A stretch of DNA of 64,000 bases from the human T2T-CHM13v2.0 reference genome, Homo sapiens: NCBI RefSeq assembly GCF_009914755.1, contig NC_060934.1. One strand, given 5' to 3'. Of the stretch, positions 54,093-64,000 are shown in pieces. The translations under genes and the position numbers were made by a program. Below the pieces are notes generated by a model that did no database searches, was not told the DNA's origin, and saw only the letters and a list, made by a program, of their open reading frames with translations. Within the stretch, counting starts at the first letter, position 1. Every line of letters begins with the position of its first letter.

Positions 54093-54419
54093 TACACATA
54101 GATTTTCAATCCATATTAGAAAGGCTAACAAGGGCCATATTATGTGTAGTTTGAGAAAAGAGAGGGCAGGAATATATCTTACTTCTGTAGATTCAGTGCC
54201 TACCACGTAGTAGAAGCTCAGTCAATCTTTTTTTTTTTTTTTGCGTTGAACTGAAAATAATTATGTTATGCTGAAATCCCTCCCATGGAACCCAGGGGAT
54301 ATTGGTGAAATTAAACCACATAAAACTTGAGTAGTGTTAATGTTTTGTTCATAACTTTCATGAATTTTGCATATATTTCATGGCATTTACATTAAATTCA
54401 TAAATAAAATCTTAAAAAA

Positions 54420-54600
54420 TAATAATGAATGAGGGAGAATGGCTGGGAATACCTATTTTAGATGGGGTAGTCAGAGAAGACCACTCTGAGAAGGTGACAC
54501 TTAAGCTTTGACATAGATGATAAGACAGAAGTCAGCTGAAGAGCAAAGGGATCATATTGCCCTGGAATCAGATTACAGAATAGACCTAGAAAATTCGCCT
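54420..54600 (-). mobile_element. L2 fragment
   Basis: TATTTTAGATGGGGTAGTCAGAGAAGACCACTCTGAGAAGGTGACACTTAAG. Confidence 0.7.
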
Positions 54601-55060
54601 TTGACATTTTAATACCATGTATAAATACAGGGTTATAAGATATTATTCCCTCTGGACCAAAGATTGTCATAACTCCCAGGAGCCAAAGTCCTCCAGATAC
54701 CTCTGTCTCCATCACAGCAGCTCTAACTGTGCAGTTATTTGCCACCAAGGCAGTTCCTTTGGGGGTTTCTTTCCATTTTTTTAAAGTTGTTAGTCAGGAC
54801 TTTGGTAGCAATGAGCTCAAGATCCTGGCTAGATGGTAAGTCAGATTTCACATGATCTAAATAGTCAGAGCCAGAGAGTGTCAGCTACCACAAGGAAGAG
54901 AGTATATCATAAATCCAGAGTAGACATATGAACAAGCAGTTTATAGACTGGGCTTACCCAAAGATTAATTTTGAAGGTCATATCATCCAACAGAGTACAT
55001 AACTGGACACTTGAGTCTGTGCATGTCTCTGGTTACAGCTGGTTTTAGTTACTTTGAGTC

Positions 55061-55092
55061 TGGTCAGCATTATAAATGGTCAGCATTATAAA
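55061..55092 (+). repeat. Perfect 16-bp tandem duplication (TGGTCAGCATTATAAA)x2
   Basis: Direct reading of the sequence. Confidence 0.9.
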
Positions 55093-56056
55093 TGGCTGGG
55101 ATAAAGTATCTGCCGGAGGAATTGGCATAAGCATGTGACTCACCAGCCCCTCTGACTCATGGGACACACAGTTGTCCTGAGCTATTAATCCATTGACAGA
55201 GCATGAGTGAGACAGAGGGGCTGTGAGAAGCTGTACTGACAAATAGCCGGAAGCACCCACTGCCCATCGTTATGACTGTATCCTTTTGTGATATGGAGCA
55301 TCGATATCTTTTGTTGCTGTGATAGGAAGTTTTTGGCATAGGTGTGGCCTGATCATTGTTTTCAAGCACACTAAACCTAGATGGTGATATAATGGAATTG
55401 TTGACACTGTTCCCAAGACAGCAGGATGTCTCCACCCTGGTTTGATGGTGTTCATTTAGATAAATAAGGGCTGGGATACTGTGCTAGGAGTCAGAAAGGC
55501 AGTGTGGTGTAGGTGCCTATTGTTGTAGGTGGTGGTATCAGCAAGGGGAGTTCATTACATGGTGCCAATTAGAATGTCCAAGGAGGTTGGTTTCCATGTT
55601 AAATAGGATTGACCTTTCTGTCACCCAGAAGCCCAAGTGTAAGCACTAAGAATCTAGAGAATAGCTGATCCTTCACAGAAACACCTAAGGATTTGGCTTT
55701 ATTTCCGTGTCTGCAACAGCAGTGAGAGCCCAATGGAATGTTAGACTCAACTTGATGCAATCTGGCATCTCAAAATCGTAAAGAAGGTTTGAAACAACAC
55801 ATAAAAATGAACTACTCTCATGAATTCAAACCACATCCTAAAGGCTGCCAGAACAATGCTTTCAAATCCCAGATGTTCCAAAACAATTTATTATTCTTAA
55901 AGGTTATACAGGGAAGCAATCACCCCCACCCCACCCCCAAAAAAATAGGAAAAGAAAATAAAAGTCCCACATAGGATACAAATGAAAACATTTCTACTGT
56001 GCTTGTAGGTACTAATAAAACCTGTTTATAATTTTCTATTATAAAATATTATTTAC

Positions 56057-56420
<364 letters not shown>

Positions 56421-56454
56421 AGAAATGTTTGCTTAAGAAAGAAATTATTAGCAA

Positions 56455-59400
56455 TAATTTGGATCCTCCTTTGTAACCCTCCCCAATTTCCTCCATCCCT
56501 CTACCCAGAAGTAATCACTAGGCCAAGTTCCACTTTTTATTTCCTTGCTTTACTTTATTATTTTCATATATATGAAATATATATTCATTAAATATATATG
56601 TATATTCAGTTTTGTGTGGTTTTGAACTCTATGTAAATGAATCATATTGTATATATTTTCTGCAACCTGCCTTTCTTGCTCAATTTTATGTTTGTGAGGT
56701 TCATTCATGTTGGTAGGAGTAGCTGCCATTCATCTTCACTTATATTTTGTATTCCATTGAAATGATAGAATTTATTTATCCAGTCTACTCAGTGGATATT
56801 TGTGTTGATTTCCATTTTTGCTTTTACAAATAACACTGTTATAAACATACTTATATATCTCTTGATACAGATGTACAAGAGTTTCTTTGTAGGATATATA
56901 CATAGAAGTAGAATTGCTCTGCATCTTCAACTTTACAGCGTCAGAGTGTTTCCCAAATGGTGGTGGTGGCACCAGTTTATACTCTCACCAGCAGAGTATG
57001 AGACCCATTGTTCACAAACTCACCAACACTTGCTTTTTACAGATGTTTAAATTTTTGCCATTCAGGTAGATGTGAGATAATATCTCCTTGTAGTTTTAAT
57101 TAGCATTTCCCTAGTTATAAATGAGGTCGAGTATCTTTTCATATGTTTATTGGCCATTCATGTTTTCTCTTCTGTGAAGAGTACTCAAGTCTTTTTGCTT
57201 GTTTTTCTATAGGTTTTTTTGCTTATTAAGTATTGGACTTCTTTATATATTCTGGATACTACTCCTTTGTCAATTACAGCTGCTCCCAGTTTGTTGCTAA
57301 TCTTTTCACTTTCTTTATGTCGTCTTTTGATTTTTTAAAAAAACAAAATTTTAAATTTTAATGTGGTTAAACTAATCAGTTGTTTCCCTTTGGTTTGTGT
57401 TTTTTCTTTTATTTTAGAAAGCCTTTCCAACTCCAAGGTCCTAAAAGACTACTCATCTCCAAAAGGTTTTAAATAACTTTCCCTTTCATCTTTAATTATT
57501 TAATCCCTTGGAACTGATTCCTGTGCAAGACATGTGGTGGGAGCCTGGTTTCATGTTTTTCCACGTGGATAACCATTTGCTCCAGAGCCAAGTACTGTGA
57601 AGTTCATTTTCTTTCCACTCAGCATCATCTCCAGCTCTGTCATAAGCCAGGTCTTCAGATATGGATAGGTTTCTTTCTAGGCTCTATATCTTGTTTCACT
57701 GGAAATTTGTCCACCCCTGAGCTAACTGATATACCCCACTGAATTAGTTACATAATTTCATAAGAAATCTTGTTACACTAAGATTTCTTATGAAATCTTA
57801 TTTGTTACACTAAATCCCCCATTATGTTCTTTTCCTTTAGAAGGCTTTTGACTCTTCTTGACTCTTTCTGCTTCTACATGAATTTTAGAAGCAATTTGTC
57901 AAGTTCTTAAAAACACACACACAACCAACCCATTGGTATCTTGGTTTTAATTGGCATTGCATAAAGTAGTAGATAAATATCTTTGTAATATTACCTTCCT
58001 AACCATAAATATGGAATAGTTTTTCATTTGTAGAGCTCTTTTAAAACATTTAAATACATTTTTATGATTTTTTTCCATAAAGATCTTGTGAAACTTTTGT
58101 TATATTTATTCTAAAGAAATTATATTATAATTATTGCTGCTATTGTAAAGTAGCCTATATATAATGTATATATAAAAGGACTATTTTGCAATAGCAGCAA
58201 TAATATAAATATATATAAACAGAATATATAATATATTATATATATAGAATGTATATATACACAGAAATATACCATATATATTGTTTATTGCCTATATAGA
58301 GATATTCAGTTCACTTCTGGGTGTTGATCTTTGTATTAGTCATCTACTGCTAAGCCATAAATCATCCCAAACTTCGTAGCTGAAAACCACAAATATTTAT
58401 TATTTCATAGTTTGTTTAAGTCAGAAATTCAAGAGCAGCTTAGCTGGGAGTTTTTGGATCAGGGTCTCATATAAAGTTGTAATCAAGATGTCAGGCAGGG
58501 TGCAGTCATCTGAAAGCTTGACTTGGGCTGGAGGACCTATTGCCCAGCTCACTCACACAGTGGTTGTCAAGGGGCCTCAGTTCCTCATTACGCGGGGCTC
58601 CCCGATAAAGCTGCTCATTACAATGCAGCTGCTTCCCCCAGCACAAGTGAATCTAAGTAAGAGAGAGAGACGGGACAACTAAGATGAAACACATAGTGTC
58701 TTTCATAACCTGACACGGAAGTGATACACCAACCATTTCTGATGTGTTCTATTGGCCACACAGAACAACGCTGGTGCAATATGGGAGGAGACCACACAAG
58801 GAACATGTGAATTTCAGAAGGTGGGAAGCACTGGGGGCCGTATTGTGGCTAAAACTACCATAATCTTACATCCAACGACCTTGATAAATTCTCAGATTTA
58901 TTCTAATAATTTAGTAATAGATTCTTTTGGGTTTTCTACAACGGGCAAACATATTATCTGTAAATAATGCCAATATTATTACTCTCCCTCCAATCTCACT
59001 TTTATTTCTTTCTTGCTTTACTCCACTGGCTCAGATTTTTGACATAATATTTTAAAGAGATAGTAATAGAAGACCTTATCTTAAAAAGAGTTTCAACATT
59101 TACCATAGTGTGATGTTTGCAGCAGGTTTTAATTGTTTTTCCTTTTGGTAGATATCCTTTTTTCAAACTAAGAAAGTTTCTCCTTATTTGTTGCTTGAAT
59201 TTTTTTCATTAATAGTAGGAAATTTTATAAACATTTTTGGTATTTATTGAGTTGACTGTATGTTTTTATTCCTTTAATCTATTTATGTGGCAAATTAACA
59301 TAATTGAAGTTCTAATGTTAAACCAATCTTACATTCTTGGAATAAGCCCAACTTGATCATAATACATTTTAAAATACATTATTGGATTTATTTTAATAAT

Positions 59401-59850
59401 TTATTGGGTAAAATTTTTTTGCATCTACCTATTTGCAAGATTGGCTTATAATTTTCCTTTCCTTTACTGTTTTTGTAAGATTTCAGTATCAAGGTTATGC
59501 TAACTCATAAATAAGTTGGACAATGTTCCCCCCTTTTTTATATACTCTGAAATATTTTGTGTAAGATCAAAGATATTTGGCCTTTGAATGTTTGACACAA
59601 AACATCTATAAAAACATCTGGGCCAGGTATTTTATTTGCGGGTAGATTTTAAACTACAAGTCTTAAACTACTAATCTTATATGTTTATAGGACTAGTCAA
59701 GTTTTCCATTTCTTACTGAGATTATTTTCATGCAATATACTTTTTAAGGAATGTTTCCATTTTATCTAAGTTTTCAGATATATTAAAGTTATTCGCAATT
59801 CCTTATTAATTTTTTCATTTCTGCATTACCTATAGTTATGACATTTAACA
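56455..59850 (-). mobile_element. Long old L1M (L1ME-type) ORF2/3' region interrupted by an MLT1F LTR
   Basis: CTTTTCATATGTTTATTGGCCATT, ATATATTCTGGATACTA, GATTCTTTTGGGTTTTCTACA and GGTTATGCTAACTCATAAATAAGTTGG. Confidence 0.85.
58332..58862 (-). mobile_element. MLT1F-like LTR nested in L1
   Basis: TGTATTAGTCATCTACTGC...GCAGTCATCTGAAAGCTTGACT; perfect 5-bp TSD ATCTT. Confidence 0.88.
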
Positions 59851-60037
59851 AAAAATTCCCATTCTAGTGTTCTCACTTTTATCTTCATTCATTTTCTCAA
59901 AGATTTGTCCTTTCATTGCTTTGTGTGTGAGCTTGTATTTCATGAAAATTCCTTGAGGCTTAGGCTGAAGGCACTCTTGCAGAGAGCATGTGTGCTTGCT
60001 TTTACCGAGCACCTGGGTACTGCAACCAAGGACCATA

Positions 60038-60323
60038 TTTATTTATTTATTTACTTATTCATTTATTTATTGAGACAGAGTCTCACTCTATGTCCCACAC
60101 TGGAGTGCAGTGGTGCAATCTCAGCTCATGGCAACCTCTGCCTCCCAGGTTCAAGCTATTCTCCTGCCTCCCGAGTAGCTGGGATTACAGATGTGCACCA
60201 CCATGCCTGGAAAATTTTTGTATTTTTTAGTAGAGATGGCATTTCACCATATTGATCAAGTGATCAACATGCCTCAGCCTCCCAAAGTGCTGGAATTACA
60301 GGTGTAAGCCATGGCGCCCAGCC
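60038..60323 (-). mobile_element. Alu (Jb/S) with an internal left-arm deletion
   Basis: (ATTT)n tail; degenerate TSD ACCAAGGACCAT/ACCAAGAACAAT. Confidence 0.9.
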
Positions 60324-60464
60324 ACCAAGAACAATTTTTTAATAAATTCTGGGCTTGAGGTTTTTCAGAGCACAAAGAATATGAATTCAGGTTGTAAATC
60401 CATGAGAGGGCCAGATTGTGGTTATGAATTTTAGGAAGAATTGATTGGGGCTTTTTTCCATCTA

Positions 60465-61729
60465 TCAGGTTGGTGCAAAAGTAATTGCAGTTCAAATCAT
60501 TATAACTAGGCTCAAACATATCTTTATTAATCAAAATAGGACCCATTACAATCAACATATTTTGCCAATGAGAAATGTTTGTTTATTCCCGTAGCATAAA
60601 AAATCCATACTTCGGTATTCAACAAACTCTTGAAAAGCATTTTCTGCATCCTGCTGGTTGTGGGAGCGTTTTCCCTGCAAAAAGTTGTCGAGTGCTTAAA
60701 GAAGTGAAAATAGCCAGTTGGTGAAAGGTCAGGTGAATATGGCTGAGGAGGCAAGACATCATAGCCCAATTCATTCAACTTTTGAAGCGTTGGTTGTGCG
60801 ATGTGTGGTAGGCGTTGTCGTGGAGAAGAACTGGGCCCTTTCTGTTAACCAATGCTGGCTGCAGTCATTGTGATGTTCCATGCATCTCATTGATTTGCTG
60901 AGCATACTTCTCAGATATAATGGTTTTTCCAGGATTCAGAAAGCTGTAGTGGATGGGACCGGCAGTAGACCACCATACAGCGACCATGACTTTTTCTGGT
61001 GCAAGTTTGGCTTTGGGAAGTGCTTTGGAGCTTCTTGGTCTAACCACTGAGCTGGTCATCACCAGTTGTTTTATAAAACCCAGTTTTTGAGATACATCAT
61101 AATCCAATCAAGAAATGGTTCATTTTCGTTGCATACAATAAGAGAAGACAACACTTCAAAATGACTATTTTTTAAATTTTCACTCAGCTCATGAGGCACC
61201 CACTTTTCAAGCTTTTTCACTCTTCCAATTTGCTTCAAATGCCAAATGACTGTAGAACAGTCAACGGTGAGTTCTTAGATAACTTCTCATGTAGTTGTAA
61301 GAGAATCAGCCTTGATGACCGCTCTCAACTGGTCATTGTCAACTTGCGATGGCCAGCCACTATGTTCCTCATCTTCAAGGCTCTTAGCTCCTTTGCAAAA
61401 GCTCTTGAACCACCACTACCCTGTACATTTGTTAGCAGTTCCTGGGCCAAATGTGTTGCTGAAGTCGCGAGTTGTCTCCGCTGCTTTACAACCCATTTTG
61501 AACTCGAATAAGAAAATCACTCAAATTTGCTTTTTGCCTAACATCATTTCCATAGTCTAAAATAAACATACACAGCAAGTAACAAGTCATTAGCAAAAAA
61601 AAAACCATAAAATGAGAAATGCCCATTAAAATGACGTATAACATAACCACATTTATCTAAGAATGTATTCCAATATCAAATGGTAAATCCCAACAATGCA
61701 AAAACCACAATTACTTTGCGCTCACCTAA
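60465..61729 (-). mobile_element. Hsmar1 mariner DNA transposon, near full length
   Basis: TIR TCAGGTTGGTGCAAAAGTAATTGC at the left end; degenerate TIR ...CAATTACTTTGCGCTCACCTAA at the right; TA on both sides. Confidence 0.96.
60527..61553 (-). pseudogene. Hsmar1 transposase pseudogene (stops and frameshifts)
   Basis: Starts MEMMLGKKQI*; contains WVPHEL and YSPDLSP mariner motifs; ends VDCNGSYFD*. Confidence 0.93.
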
Positions 61730-62439
61730 TATCTAAAGCTAATATTGAGACAGGCATCTTTCCTAGTTGAATTTCTCTGTAAAAGTTATGTTATTTTCTT
61801 ACTGAGAGTGTATCCTTTCTAGGTCTTAGCTATACTAGATATTAACTGTGACGCTCCCAACCCACCCACACACCTTAATGGGCCCTAATCCTTTGTCTTC
61901 TGTCCCCTTAGCAGTCATAGCTGTTAAAACAAATGTTGGTAACCTGGGGATTAGCAAACAACTTCAGGACAGGTGCCAGCTTCGATACACGTTTACCTCT
62001 CTAAAGACCTGCTTTTTCTTTTAATTTAGGAGGGCAGAGAAGGCCTTTAAGGCCATCCTTACTCTTCCCAGCTCGGTCAATAATTCTAAAGATATAATTA
62101 GAACGCATTTTATCTAGCCTTTTTAGATGTTTTGTACTGGAGGATTTGGGAGAAGGCAATCTAAACTTTAATTTTAAATTTTAAAGGCCAAAGTCATCTT
62201 GGTCATGTTGTACAGGGTATAACTTTGAGGATGCTATCAAACACCTCTTTAGGTACTAGAATAATCCCTAGAGTACTTTTAGAGAGCAGAGGTGAAATAG
62301 TTTTCCAGCCAGGCTACCAGCCTAGTTATACTCTTCAATTTTTACAATAGTAAAGTATATTTATTCCCTTCTTCTTAGAATAGGATGAGGCACTGGATTA
62401 AATGCTTTATACAAGTTATTTCATTTAAGACACAACAGG

Positions 62440-64000
<1,561 letters not shown>

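Noticed and set aside
54790-55700. Possible L3/CR1 relic
   Set aside because: Only faint motif resemblance; boundaries cannot be supported without a profile search
56562-56577. 16-bp palindrome TTTCATATATATGAAA
   Set aside because: Built on a (TA)n core in AT-rich sequence; low information

Overview
Mammalian, almost certainly human, non-coding genomic DNA (intergenic or intronic): it carries an AluYb8 with the human-specific diagnostic 7-bp duplication. No credible protein-coding exon, RNA gene, CpG island or prokaryotic-type system is visible. The longest ORFs are by-products of repeats: the THE1 internal ORF, the L1 ORF2 C-terminus, Hsmar1 transposase fragments, and Alu or microsatellite translations. 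The window is dominated by transposable elements: a complete THE1C/D MaLR provirus, a near full-length decayed Hsmar1 mariner, about 17 Alu/FLAM copies, an L1PA3-like insertion with a perfect 17-bp TSD, several old L1M pieces, many solo LTRs (several nested), and MIR/L2/MER5 relics. The most notable signals beyond repeat annotation are: (i) several fold-back/template-switch palindromes and short locally templated copies; (ii) an MLT1J-like LTR split by about 1.4 kb of heterogeneous DNA; (iii) an unidentified ~280-bp polyadenylated insert inside a MIR; (iv) a TATA box + Inr + splice-donor arrangement near 31.2 kb; (v) a repeat-free, homeodomain-motif-rich block near 45.5-46.2 kb; (vi) several tightly spaced inverted Alu pairs. 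Subfamily names come from remembered consensus motifs, not from a search. Boundaries of old elements are approximate.
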